Below, one piece after another: positions 46,838 through 55,744 of a stretch of DNA of 64,000 nt; position 1 is the stretch's first letter; the number at the start of each line of letters is the position of its first letter. Origin of the DNA: a virus (lineage: Duplodnaviria; Caudoviricetes); the IMG/VR virus record IMGVR_UViG_3300037461_001070, positions 6,721 through 70,720 of that record; one strand, written 5' to 3'. The notes under the pieces are model-generated. The model was not told the origin of the DNA. It did no database searches and saw only the letters and a list, made by a program, of their open reading frames with translations. Made by a program: the position numbers and the translations under genes.

Positions 46838-47530
46838 TTACATACTTTTCAAGAGCTCATCAAAGTAGTGGCGAAAATAATATCTTAAATCCTGTCTTGC
46901 CATTCTAATATTTTTCCCCTGTTTTATATGTTCGAAAATAAATTCAGGGTTTTTGTATCCTCTTAATTTTATCGCATTGAATAGAAGCGATGGCACAAAA
47001 TAATTTTCTTCGAAATGAGAAAATATATGAGGCGTACTAAAATTATCTTGAGGAAACATAGAACAATACCAGCAATCACCACCACCGGGATATTCGAGGC
47101 CATACAATCTTATCGAATCACAAAATCCTTTTATATATTTTGTGATAAGTTTTTCCAGCTTTTTTCTGGTCTCTACTATCCTTTTCTCTTCTTGTTCAGG
47201 TCTAGGATTAAGCACTACCTCTGATTTGATCTTGATTCCGTCAAATAATTCCTGTCTTCCTTTTTTGAGGCTGACATAGGGAACATTCTTTTCCGTAAAT
47301 ACTCGGAATGGGCAGAATCTATTGAATCTGTCTCTAGTAGTCAGGGTATTCCATCCCCCGGTATCAAGTACATAAGAATTATCAGCACTTATTTTTATGA
47401 TATCGGTTTCATGGAGACGGATGATCGCTATTTCATTTTCAACACGCAAATACGTGTTGTTAGCGATTTTCTTGCCCCTGCTTTTATCCTTAGCCTTTTT
47501 TGACAGCTCTATAGCGGTATCGTATAACAT
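46838..47530 (-). CDS. Early hypothetical protein (LDTGGWNTLTT motif)
   Basis: 230 aa; leader element upstream. Confidence 0.65.
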   Translation of the reverse strand: MLYDTAIELSKKAKDKSRGKKIANNTYLRVENEIAIIRLHETDIIKISADNSYVLDTGGWNTLTTRDRFNRFCPFRVFTEKNVPYVSLKKGRQELFDGIKIKSEVVLNPRPEQEEKRIVETRKKLEKLITKYIKGFCDSIRLYGLEYPGGGDCWYCSMFPQDNFSTPHIFSHFEENYFVPSLLFNAIKLRGYKNPEFIFEHIKQGKNIRMARQDLRYYFRHYFDELLKSM

Positions 47531-47607
47531 GATAGTAACCCCTTTTTAAGATTTAACGGTTAAACCGTTATAATGGCCCTGCACTATGGCAGGGGTCATA
47601 TAAGGAT

Positions 47608-47862
47608 TTAATTGTTATTCATGATTGTCTCGTACTGACTTAAAATATAGTCAACGTGCTCTTCATAACAGGAAAATGCAGAGGGCTGTTTTATTTTTCC
47701 ACTATAAACTTCATTCCAAAAAATATCTAGTCTTTCTATTTCTTTCAAAAAATTCTCTGCATCATCACCTTGCATGAATACTTCTGCATTATCCGTCAAT
47801 CTTGTTATGGTTATTCCATAACTTAGATTTTCATAACAGAATCTATTTTTATATTGTATCAT
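47608..47862 (-). CDS. Early hypothetical protein
   Basis: 84 aa; leader element upstream. Confidence 0.65.
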   Translation of the reverse strand: MIQYKNRFCYENLSYGITITRLTDNAEVFMQGDDAENFLKEIERLDIFWNEVYSGKIKQPSAFSCYEEHVDYILSQYETIMNNN

Positions 47863-47940
47863 AATAAAACCCCTTTTTAAGATTTAAACCTTTAAATAGG
47901 TTTATATGAGTGCAGGTATATATACCTGCACTCTATAACA

Positions 47941-48579
47941 CTACTTTTTGATCGGACACGGTTCCCGGTACATGAGAGGCGTTTTTGATTTTATTTGAGC
48001 CTTTAATTTTTTAAGGTGTTTGCTAATATCTTTTTTGATCTGTGACTCGGCAATACTCACGCCCTCTTCGAGACAGTAATTTTCATCACCGTAAAATCCA
48101 TAACACGAATCAATGACGCTACCTGTACTGTCTTCTACTACATAGGCATAGACTTGTCCGGTAAGGTATTGATCATAAGTCTCTACTTCATTTTTCAGAA
48201 ATTGTCTGACCTTTTCCTTTAATCGTGCCGATACTTTCTTGACACCGTATTCTTTCCTGACTTCATCAAGACTAACATAGATGATCCCGACCTGACCAGA
48301 ATCCCATGGACACGAAAATCCTGACGTGTTCATGGTAATGCCGCTATGGTCATAAAGAAATAACGGTAGCACTACATATTTATCATTATCAGCTATTTCC
48401 TTGACCTCATCTATGGTTAGATCATGCTTGTCTCCGAGACTGTACCGGCTATGGAAGCATACCATATGACCGAAATTATCCCATTCCGTTCTAGGGTTTA
48501 CCGGATCAAAGTCTTGTATGACTTTGACGTGATACGGTCCGACCTGCTTTTCTAAATAAACATATTCCTCTTGTCTCAT
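47941..48579 (-). CDS. Early hypothetical protein (YDHSG...WDSGQVG motif)
   Basis: 212 aa; leader element upstream. Confidence 0.65.
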   Translation of the reverse strand: MRQEEYVYLEKQVGPYHVKVIQDFDPVNPRTEWDNFGHMVCFHSRYSLGDKHDLTIDEVKEIADNDKYVVLPLFLYDHSGITMNTSGFSCPWDSGQVGIIYVSLDEVRKEYGVKKVSARLKEKVRQFLKNEVETYDQYLTGQVYAYVVEDSTGSVIDSCYGFYGDENYCLEEGVSIAESQIKKDISKHLKKLKAQIKSKTPLMYREPCPIKK

Positions 48580-48668
48580 GATTAAACCCCTTTTTAATTA
48601 TTTAAGTCTGCATTCAATTAGACTTATGTGAGTGCTGGAATAATTCCAGCACTATACAAGTCTACTTT

Positions 48669-48872
48669 TCAATGTGTCGGCACTAATTTAATATTTACTT
48701 TATCAATTAGACCTGCATTTTTCGCCCATCTTTTGGCAAGATTTTTATCCTGCCAATTTGACAGAATATGATCTTCTTTTTCTCGGCATATCTCCGATAT
48801 TGCCACTAAAACATTATAAAGATCATATTTGTCAATAAGACTCTCAATATAATCTTTTTCTTTCTGTGTCAT
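48669..48872 (-). CDS. Early hypothetical protein
   Basis: 67 aa; leader element upstream. Confidence 0.6.
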   Translation of the reverse strand: MTQKEKDYIESLIDKYDLYNVLVAISEICREKEDHILSNWQDKNLAKRWAKNAGLIDKVNIKLVPTH

Positions 48873-48980
48873 ATTAAAACCCCTTTTTAATTAAGATATA
48901 AAAGGCACTAAAACCTTTTAAAAAGGTACTGGAATAATATTAACACTATTCCAGTATAAATTTTAACGGGTTTTAAAATG

Positions 48981-49127
48981 CTATGACGCTTTGACTCTGA
49001 TAATAAATCTTTTGGTGCTGACCCTGCCCGTACTCAAGTTTTTAGTGGTCACAGTTTTAACGTGTACAATATGACCGGCACTATTTAATACTTGCTTCCA
49101 GCCAGTGCTGATTATAACTGTATTCAT
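48981..49127 (-). CDS. Early small basic protein (48 aa, MNTVIISTGWKQ...)
   Basis: Hand-translated; AAAAAGGGGTT SD upstream. Confidence 0.6.
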   Translation of the reverse strand: MNTVIISTGWKQVLNSAGHIVHVKTVTTKNLSTGRVSTKRFIIRVKAS

Positions 49128-49203
49128 GATTAAACCCCTTTTTAAATTTAAAGACTTGAGGAGATACCGCTATTATGATCTTGTTATAATAGCGGTTATG
49201 ACC

Positions 49204-49392
49204 TTAAATGTTTAAATCCCTGACAATGGTTCCAGCACAATAAAACGATTGACCGTCGCTATATATGGTTCTAATTCCTTCTCTTTCTTTTACTCTTTCT
49301 ATGACGGTCTTATTGTCTAAGCACTGTCTTAATCTCTTTTTTCTGGTCTCATATTTTTTCAATGTGAGGCCACTACTATGATATTGTATCAT
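49204..49392 (-). CDS. Early hypothetical protein
   Basis: 62 aa; leader element upstream. Confidence 0.6.
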   Translation of the reverse strand: MIQYHSSGLTLKKYETRKKRLRQCLDNKTVIERVKEREGIRTIYSDGQSFYCAGTIVRDLNI

Positions 49393-49457
49393 GATTAAAC
49401 CCCTTTTTAAAATTTGCTTGTATCTGCCTATTAAAAATAATAGGCAGTATAAACAAA

Positions 49458-49739
49458 CTAATTAAGACTGACAAGTTCATATTCACCGGATTTGATTTTC
49501 TTTCTGGTGATGTCAATATTTTCAGAAAGAAATAAATTTCTATATCTCCCGGTTGTGACCGAATAATTCCAGAACCTATTATCAAGATAGGTACGGTCAG
49601 GTGTCATTATTGCTATTATTGATTGATAACTTTGCAAGACCACACCATATTCAAAAATCAGAATAAATTGATTTTTTGACTGGAATTGTTCGACTCTTTC
49701 AAAAGTCCCGAGCTTTTCAAAAATTTCTTGTTTATTCAT
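49458..49739 (-). CDS. Early hypothetical protein (NQF...QSY...YSVTT motif)
   Basis: 93 aa; AAAAAGGGGTT SD. Confidence 0.65.
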   Translation of the reverse strand: MNKQEIFEKLGTFERVEQFQSKNQFILIFEYGVVLQSYQSIIAIMTPDRTYLDNRFWNYSVTTGRYRNLFLSENIDITRKKIKSGEYELVSLN

Positions 49740-50004
49740 ATTAAAACCCCTTTTTATTAAATTTTAAATCTCAAGGATAAGAAAGAATTAAATCAGGGAT
49801 ACAAACCATTAAGGCCACCTTTTATAGTGTAGTTTTTACAGTATTTAATAAAATTCTTTCCGCACCTTCAGACATAAAAAGGGGGGTTTTATCATTATTA
49901 TTTTTTTAATATTGTATTGTACTTAATACACATATTAAAACGTTTTAAAAGAGCGGTTAAGACTTTGCCTGAACGATTCCCACGATATCTTGACAGGCTT
50001 TTAA

Positions 50005-50160
50005 TTATGCTGTTCTTATCTTTCTTACTGCTTTACGGGTTGTGTAAATCTTTCCAGATTTGTCTTTAATCCAGATTGTTTTTACAAACATTTCCTGACC
50101 CTTGAGGTCATAGCATTTAATCCAGTTCGTTTCTTTTATGATGTTGCTTTTGTTTATCAT
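50005..50160 (-). CDS. First gene of the early operon (51 aa, basic)
   Basis: Hand-translated MINKSNIIKETNWIKCYDLKG; AAGAGG SD just after the promoter. Confidence 0.6.
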   Translation of the reverse strand: MINKSNIIKETNWIKCYDLKGQEMFVKTIWIKDKSGKIYTTRKAVRKIRTA

Positions 50161-50192
50161 TTTAAAACCTCTTATCTTTTCTTTATATAAAC

Positions 50193-50221
50193 AATATAAT
50201 AAAGATAATAAAGAATGTCAA
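50193..50221 (-). promoter_or_regulatory. Strong early sigma70-type promoter
   Basis: TTGACA-17-TATATT with an AT-rich upstream tract. Confidence 0.8.
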
Positions 50222-50930
50222 GTAAATAAAGAAAAAAAAGATAATAAATGAGAAAAAAAAATTAAAATAAATTGTGTAAGAATACAGAATAAAAGCAGGT
50301 AAATATATTATTTATTTAATTGTATGGATATATGTGATTGTTATATTAAATAAATAATGTTATATATATTAAGTGAAAATAAATGGAATAAGGGGGGAGG
50401 GAGGGAGCCATTATAATTCTATTTAAGTATAAAATAAAATAGTTTAATTGTATTCTTTTTATAAATCTATAGTCTTATGTGACATATTGTATCTTATCGG
50501 AAGCTAATAAACATGTATTTAATGCGAATATTACTGGAAATATCAAAAACCATGTTATATGGAGAATAGACTTCGTACACCCCTCTCTCAATTCCCTACA
50601 ATTTTTTCTAGGGTTCAATTTTTATATTACCACAAAATCATATAATATATTGTGTAAGAATTTAATTGGAATATATTATGGGCTCTGCCTTTCTTTTTAT
50701 TCCTTATCAGACCTTCACAGAGCTTCTACAGCGAATTCTCTGGCTTTAACCGGCCCTAGCCATCCCATCTCATATAAAATGCGGTACAGACGTTCCTATG
50801 CAGTGTCAGGACCAGAAAAAGGTAGTTCCAAAAAATATTCTGTAAAAAATTTTAAGGGTATCCCCATATTTAGTATTTTATTTTATACTTAAATAGAAAA
50901 AATAAAAATAATTTCTGGGGAACAGCATAA
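50222..50930. other. AT-rich divergent non-coding region, candidate genome end / packaging region
   Basis: Strand switch; very AT-rich; no convincing ORF. Confidence 0.4.
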
Positions 50931-50937
50931 TCAGGTC

Positions 50938-51414
50938 ATGAATAAAACCACTGCACAAATAGAGCTTGCTATTGCATACTATTTCGGGATCAGAGAAAAT
51001 CTGATCGTACCCAATGTAAGTTGGGGCTTGAACCTGCATGAATGCGATATGATCGTACTATCCAGATCAGGATATGCTACGGAAATAGAGATCAAAGTCA
51101 GTGCTTCCGATCTGAAGAAAGATTCAAAGAAAAGGCATGGGCATGTCTCCAACAAAATAAAATATCTTTATTTCGCCATACCTTCTAAGCTCTGTAAATA
51201 TATTGAGTACATACCCGAACATGCCGGGATTCTGGTTGTGACCTCTAAAGCAAGAGTTCATGAAATAGCTAAGCCCAGGCCAAGACCTAACCACATCAAA
51301 TTCAATACAGAATTAAGATATGATCTGGCCAGACTAGGATCGATTAGAATCTGGGGATTAAAGCAAAAAATTTTGGACCTGAAAAATAAGCTAGAACAGG
51401 AGAAAGAGATATGA
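50938..51414 (+). CDS. PD-(D/E)XK nuclease-like (MmcB-like) protein
   Basis: HECDMIV...EIEIKVSASDLKKD, YLYFAIP. Confidence 0.7.
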   Translation: MNKTTAQIELAIAYYFGIRENLIVPNVSWGLNLHECDMIVLSRSGYATEIEIKVSASDLKKDSKKRHGHVSNKIKYLYFAIPSKLCKYIEYIPEHAGILVVTSKARVHEIAKPRPRPNHIKFNTELRYDLARLGSIRIWGLKQKILDLKNKLEQEKEI

Positions 51415-51447
51415 TGATACAATATGAATAAATTCGGGAGGAGCGGG

Positions 51448-51567
51448 ATGAAAAATAATGAATTTAAAAGCGGGTTGAGGGATTATGTTAATATAAAAAT
51501 TGAAAATGAGGTTGAAGCATTGACCGCCGAAATTAACCGACTACAGACGGAGGTTGGAATAAAATAA
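51448..51567 (+). CDS. Small hypothetical protein (39 aa)
   Basis: Hand-translated; GGAGG SD. Confidence 0.4.
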   Translation: MKNNEFKSGLRDYVNIKIENEVEALTAEINRLQTEVGIK

Positions 51568-51581
51568 CTAGGAGACAGACA

Positions 51582-51848
51582 ATGAGTGATTTATATTCAC
51601 AATATAAAAAACAAACAGGACGCACACCACTTATTGTGGGATGCAATGAGTGCAGTGCTTTTGATTGTGATTTTCATGAATGGGTTGAAAAGAAAATGTA
51701 CTACTGGAAACGCCGATGTGAAGCGGCGGAGGAATTGAATAGAAGATGTACCAATTGTATATATAGATTAAAACGTAATAGTAATATGTGTAATTTATGC
51801 GATTATTATATTAAATTGCAATCCATCGTCAAGGAGCAAGAGATATGA
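51582..51848 (+). CDS. Cys-rich hypothetical protein
   Basis: CTNC...CNLC; AGGAG SD. Confidence 0.55.
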   Translation: MSDLYSQYKKQTGRTPLIVGCNECSAFDCDFHEWVEKKMYYWKRRCEAAEELNRRCTNCIYRLKRNSNMCNLCDYYIKLQSIVKEQEI

Positions 51849-52255
51849 GTGATATTAAAAGAACCGAGAGGGGATGGGCTGGACATTTTATATGTGCCGA
51901 TAGGTGTTTATTTCATAGAAATACTTTATTGGAATACAAGGACATAAAAATTGTAGTAAGCACAGTTGGGTTAATGGTCAATATTCATTCAAAAGATTAC
52001 CCAAATAAAATAGAATTTGAACCGATTGGAGCATTTAATAGGTATTATGAGACAATGGCCTTTCATTCAAAAAATGATGATGCTCGATATAATGATGCCG
52101 ATGTAACTAAACAGATATCATTTAATAGTAAATGGTCGTTAGATTTTCTGGATGCGGATGATTTTGCAAATAAAATGCATGAAGATGTTGTAACCGAGAT
52201 ATCAAATGAATTATTATCTGGAAACAAATATATAATCAAGGAGGCAGGGGAATGA
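51845..52255 (+). CDS. Hypothetical protein (RGWAGHFIC...C.FHRNT motif)
   Basis: 136 aa, coupled. Confidence 0.6.
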   Translation: MSDIKRTERGWAGHFICADRCLFHRNTLLEYKDIKIVVSTVGLMVNIHSKDYPNKIEFEPIGAFNRYYETMAFHSKNDDARYNDADVTKQISFNSKWSLDFLDADDFANKMHEDVVTEISNELLSGNKYIIKEAGE

Positions 52256-52542
52256 GTGACAAGAAAATAGATCAAGATGAAATATTTAAAAAATTAGTTT
52301 TAGAGGAAGAAGGGAAAGGGAATGTTGTTTTTATGACAATCGAGGGGCCAATGAAGGCTCCTTTGAGCGAATTTATAAAACAACCAGCTTACGGAATACT
52401 ATATGATTTGAACAGAGATAGAGCCACAGTATTAACCATGATTAAAAAAGATAAAAAATGGGTAAATGATTTTGCAGTTTCTCTTGTAATCAATGAATTA
52501 AAAAGGCAATTAGATGCAAAGAATAAGGAGGGGGGGGAATGA
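52252..52542 (+). CDS. Hypothetical protein
   Basis: 96 aa, coupled. Confidence 0.55.
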   Translation: MSDKKIDQDEIFKKLVLEEEGKGNVVFMTIEGPMKAPLSEFIKQPAYGILYDLNRDRATVLTMIKKDKKWVNDFAVSLVINELKRQLDAKNKEGGE

Positions 52543-52697
52543 GTATATGTCCAATATGCCATAAAGAAAATGACGACAATTGGGTTGCTACTAAAGATGG
52601 CAAGATAGTAACCGGAGTGTGTCAGATGTGTTGGGAAGAATATTCATCCGTTAAATGGTGGGAGATGATAGATATTATCGGGAGTATAATGAAATGA
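52539..52697 (+). CDS. Small zinc-finger protein (52 aa)
   Basis: Hand-translated CPIC...CQMCW; ATGA overlaps both ends. Confidence 0.6.
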   Translation: MSICPICHKENDDNWVATKDGKIVTGVCQMCWEEYSSVKWWEMIDIIGSIMK

Positions 52698-52951
52698 GTG
52701 TATGTCCGTATTATAAAGAATTGACCGCAGGATGGGATAGACCGGATCATATATGTGAGTGTTCCGGCAATATCCCCTCTCCGTGGATATCGACAGATAT
52801 TAGTCCCGGTATTGAAGCCGTTGGAAAACAGTTGTTATTATGGGATGAAATACATAATTTTAGAGTAATGAGATATATGGGACTTAATGATACTTTGCCT
52901 ATGGATGCTAAAAAATATCAAATATTGTCTCCCCCAGAGGTGAAAGAATGA
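52694..52951 (+). CDS. Hypothetical protein (MSVCPYY...)
   Basis: Start moved to ATGA overlap at 52694. Confidence 0.55.
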   Translation: MSVCPYYKELTAGWDRPDHICECSGNIPSPWISTDISPGIEAVGKQLLLWDEIHNFRVMRYMGLNDTLPMDAKKYQILSPPEVKE

Positions 52952-53289
52952 AACATGGAGAGAAAATGCAGGAATCTACTAAGAAAAAAATATCTGATTC
53001 CCAGAAGAAAAAATGGAAAGATAAATTTGAGAAAAAATCTCAGAAAAAATATGACATGAAAAAAGAGGAGAGAAGATCAATAATATATTTCAGGATTTCG
53101 ATGATATGTGCTGGAACATGTTTTGGAATTATAATATCGATAATATTATTATTTATTTACCCTCATTTCCCAACGATTGTAATATCTCTTGGAATCACAG
53201 CTTTCTCTTATTTTTTATTTTTTGTGATTTTATTCGGAAAAAGTTTGAGATGTTGGCCATATCCATATATCAAAGATCCGAGGAGGTAA
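52948..53289 (+). CDS. Two-TM membrane protein with basic N-terminus
   Basis: STKKKISDSQKKKW (NUMOD3-like) then two TM helices. Confidence 0.55.
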   Translation: MKHGEKMQESTKKKISDSQKKKWKDKFEKKSQKKYDMKKEERRSIIYFRISMICAGTCFGIIISIILLFIYPHFPTIVISLGITAFSYFLFFVILFGKSLRCWPYPYIKDPRR

Positions 53290-53294
53290 TTTTT

Positions 53295-53492
53295 ATGAAG
53301 TACATAAAAAATTTTATTAAGATCTGTTTTTTGATTGCAGGAATTATTGCTGCAATATGTTATTTGCTGGTTTGGATAGGAATGCTCATGCGCCCAGGAG
53401 TAATACCTGGTTTTGCCGCAACAATATGTGTTGGAGTTTTTTGTCTCATATTTATAAAAATAATTAAATGGAGTGCTCATGAAAAAAGTTAA
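53295..53492 (+). CDS. Two-TM membrane protein
   Basis: GGAGG SD before ATG 53295. Confidence 0.55.
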   Translation: MKYIKNFIKICFLIAGIIAAICYLLVWIGMLMRPGVIPGFAATICVGVFCLIFIKIIKWSAHEKS

Positions 53493-53550
53493 AAAGTCTG
53501 CAAAAAAGTCGTCAACAAAGAAACCTAAAAAGGTTAAAAAAGATTCGTAG
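53479..53550 (+). CDS. 23-aa Lys-rich micropeptide
   Basis: MKKVKKSAKKSSTKKPKKVKKDS; GGAG SD. Confidence 0.45.
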   Translation: MKKVKKSAKKSSTKKPKKVKKDS

Positions 53551-53580
53551 TAGTCGAAGCGTACAATACGTATCAATAAA

Positions 53581-53625
53581 ATCCAGGGTTCTTATGGAAG
53601 AGAAAGAGCTCTGGATTTTTTTATT
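53581..53625 (+). terminator. Rho-independent terminator
   Basis: ATCCAGGGTTCTT/AAGAGCTCTGGAT stem then T tract. Confidence 0.6.
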
Positions 53626-53627
53626 AC

Positions 53628-53656
53628 TTGACATTTTATTCAGGAAAAGACATATT
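53628..53656 (+). promoter_or_regulatory. Promoter of the packaging/head operon
   Basis: TTGACA-17-CATATT. Confidence 0.55.
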
Positions 53657-53759
53657 ATTATCATGCGAAGCCGAATCAGGATATCATTTCCAAGCGCAAG
53701 CCTCTCCCTTAAAAAAGGAGAGGCTGTGTCGGCTTATTTTTTAGACCTGGAATAGCGAC

Positions 53760-54341
53760 ATGCCCCTTCCCGCAAAATCAGTAGAATCAACTGACAACAT
53801 TATAGAATTAAAACGATCAAATAAAGAGCTTCAGCTTCAGATGCAGGAAGAAGCCTTACAATTAGTACATAACAGTCTCGCTGATGCTGTTGCTGTTTTA
53901 ATTGACGGATTGGATGACGAAGATCCATATATACGGATCAGATGTGCGGAAGACATACTTCGTAAAGTTCTTCCTGATAAGAAGACAAAAGAAGTTACAG
54001 GAAAAGGCGGAGGGCCAATAGAAATCGAGGAGACAGATAAGCGAGCTGCTGTTCTTACTATAGTTGGTGTTCTCGATGAACTTGGATTCGATGAATTAAG
54101 AGAGAGAGCAAGTGGAAGCCAAAGAATATTTGAAGCTGAATTCAAAACAGAAGACAAAGAGAAGAGAAGAATACCAGAAACGGAAAAGGCAGATCAGGGA
54201 AGGGAAAGATCCGGATCGGATCAAAGCCCAGGAGAGAGCTCTGAAGGCATTGTATCTGCTGAAGAAGGACCGGGAGACGAATCTCTTGACGGAAGAGGAG
54301 AGGAAGATCTTATCAGCTCTCGTCGTAGAGAGGAGTATTGA
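53760..54341 (+). CDS. terS: Terminase small subunit
   Basis: Precedes terL; EVTGKGGGPIEIE motif. Confidence 0.75.
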   Translation: MPLPAKSVESTDNIIELKRSNKELQLQMQEEALQLVHNSLADAVAVLIDGLDDEDPYIRIRCAEDILRKVLPDKKTKEVTGKGGGPIEIEETDKRAAVLTIVGVLDELGFDELRERASGSQRIFEAEFKTEDKEKRRIPETEKADQGRERSGSDQSPGESSEGIVSAEEGPGDESLDGRGEEDLISSRRREEY

Positions 54342-55725
54342 TTCGTTTTATTTCTTTGCTCGTCATGTTCTTGATCTTGATCTTTTAACCGAACAAACTC
54401 ATTTGAAATGGGCAAATGATTTTCAGTCAGCGATTCGGGCCGGTAAATATAGGTTGATGAGATTAAAACCGAGGGGATTATTTAAAACCACGCTTTATGG
54501 TGTAGCCTCTATTTTATGGTTTTGGGGATGTTATTCTCCGGGCCTGAGAATTTTTTATACTTCGTCGAACTCACTCCTTCTTGAAGAAGTTTCTGATAAA
54601 CTCAATCAATATATTGGAAATGATAAAACAGAAACATTATACTCTACGATATTTGGTGTAACCAGAGATTCTTCTGCAAAAAATACATCTGATGTTTTTA
54701 ATATCAGGGGAAGATCTGGAAAAGGATTCTCTTTGATTCTCAGAACATCAGGAGGAAGTACGGTTGGAATACATCCGAACATAATTATTGTCGATGACCC
54801 TCTTGATAAGAATGACAGAGAAAGTCAGGCCACACGGTCCGGGAAAGAACATTGGTTTGATAGTCTTACTCCATTGCTAGTTCCATTTTTTCATGAAAGT
54901 ACGGGAGTAACATTTGAAAGTATTTATTATATCGGAACCAGATGGCATATGAAGGATTTATGCAATCATATATTTGAGATGAACGAAAGACTTCCTCCTT
55001 CATTAAAATGGGATATAGAATCGGAATCGATTTATGGGCCAGGAGGAAAAAGTAATTATCCGGAACTTGTATCTGAAGAAAAAATAGCGTCTCTTCGTGC
55101 GAATATGTCCGAGGAATTTTTTAGCTGTCAATATCAGAATGAACCTCTTCCTGAAAGTTTGATGATATTTAATATTGATAAATTAAGCTTTATTCGTCCC
55201 GATCAAATAGATATCGGACAAGGCCAAATGCTTTGTGTATTCGATCCAAGCCTAGGAAAAACTCATTCAGACTTTCCTGCTGTGTGGTGGATAAATTTTT
55301 TTGATAATAAATTAACGTTTTATGATGCAATAGATAAAAAGATAGAAATATCACTTATTGTTCATCATATTGCTGCGAAGAATAGGGAATATAATTGTAG
55401 GCATATGATTTACGAAGATAATGGCATACTTCTTGTCGAACAAGCTCTTAAAGATGCTCATACCAGGATTGGCTGGAAAATATATATAGAATCAGTTCAT
55501 CACACATCAAATAAAGAGGAGAGGATTGCATCGATGCAGCCCGATCTTTATAGTGGTTATGCCAGATTTATGAGTGATTTTAAGACAAGATATCCGGAGG
55601 CTATGAATCAAATTGTATTTTATCCTGTATATGGTCACGATGACTATCCTGATTGTGCTCAAATAGGAGTTGAATATTTTAGAAAGCCACATTTTAAATT
55701 TATAAGGTACGAAGAAATACTTTAA
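54112..55725 (+). CDS. terL: Terminase large subunit
   Basis: KPRGLFKTT, IIIVDDP, YIGTRWH, CQYQNEP, VFDPS, HDDYPD. Confidence 0.95.
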   Translation: MEAKEYLKLNSKQKTKRREEYQKRKRQIREGKDPDRIKAQERALKALYLLKKDRETNLLTEEERKILSALVVERSIDSFYFFARHVLDLDLLTEQTHLKWANDFQSAIRAGKYRLMRLKPRGLFKTTLYGVASILWFWGCYSPGLRIFYTSSNSLLLEEVSDKLNQYIGNDKTETLYSTIFGVTRDSSAKNTSDVFNIRGRSGKGFSLILRTSGGSTVGIHPNIIIVDDPLDKNDRESQATRSGKEHWFDSLTPLLVPFFHESTGVTFESIYYIGTRWHMKDLCNHIFEMNERLPPSLKWDIESESIYGPGGKSNYPELVSEEKIASLRANMSEEFFSCQYQNEPLPESLMIFNIDKLSFIRPDQIDIGQGQMLCVFDPSLGKTHSDFPAVWWINFFDNKLTFYDAIDKKIEISLIVHHIAAKNREYNCRHMIYEDNGILLVEQALKDAHTRIGWKIYIESVHHTSNKEERIASMQPDLYSGYARFMSDFKTRYPEAMNQIVFYPVYGHDDYPDCAQIGVEYFRKPHFKFIRYEEIL

Positions 55726-55744
55726 ATACAAGGAGGTTTTTTAT

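Larger units (their letters stand above)
44359..49760 (-). repeat. Dispersed family of start-associated leaders: hairpin(s) plus AAAAAGGGGTT SD before about 12 genes
   Basis: Plus-strand AACCCC(TTT/TTTTT) at 44368, 45565, 46088, 46763, 47537, 47868, 48585, 48878, 49133, 49398, 49745 and CACCCC at 44967; also 44070. Confidence 0.9.

Noticed and set aside
44359-49760. CRISPR array or integron attC cassette array
   Set aside because: Units are separated by whole genes, stems vary in sequence, RYYYAAC/GTTRRRY cores are absent, and no cas or integrase gene is seen
50479-50892. 137-aa ORF in the AT-rich gap
   Set aside because: No SD, atypical composition, no motif
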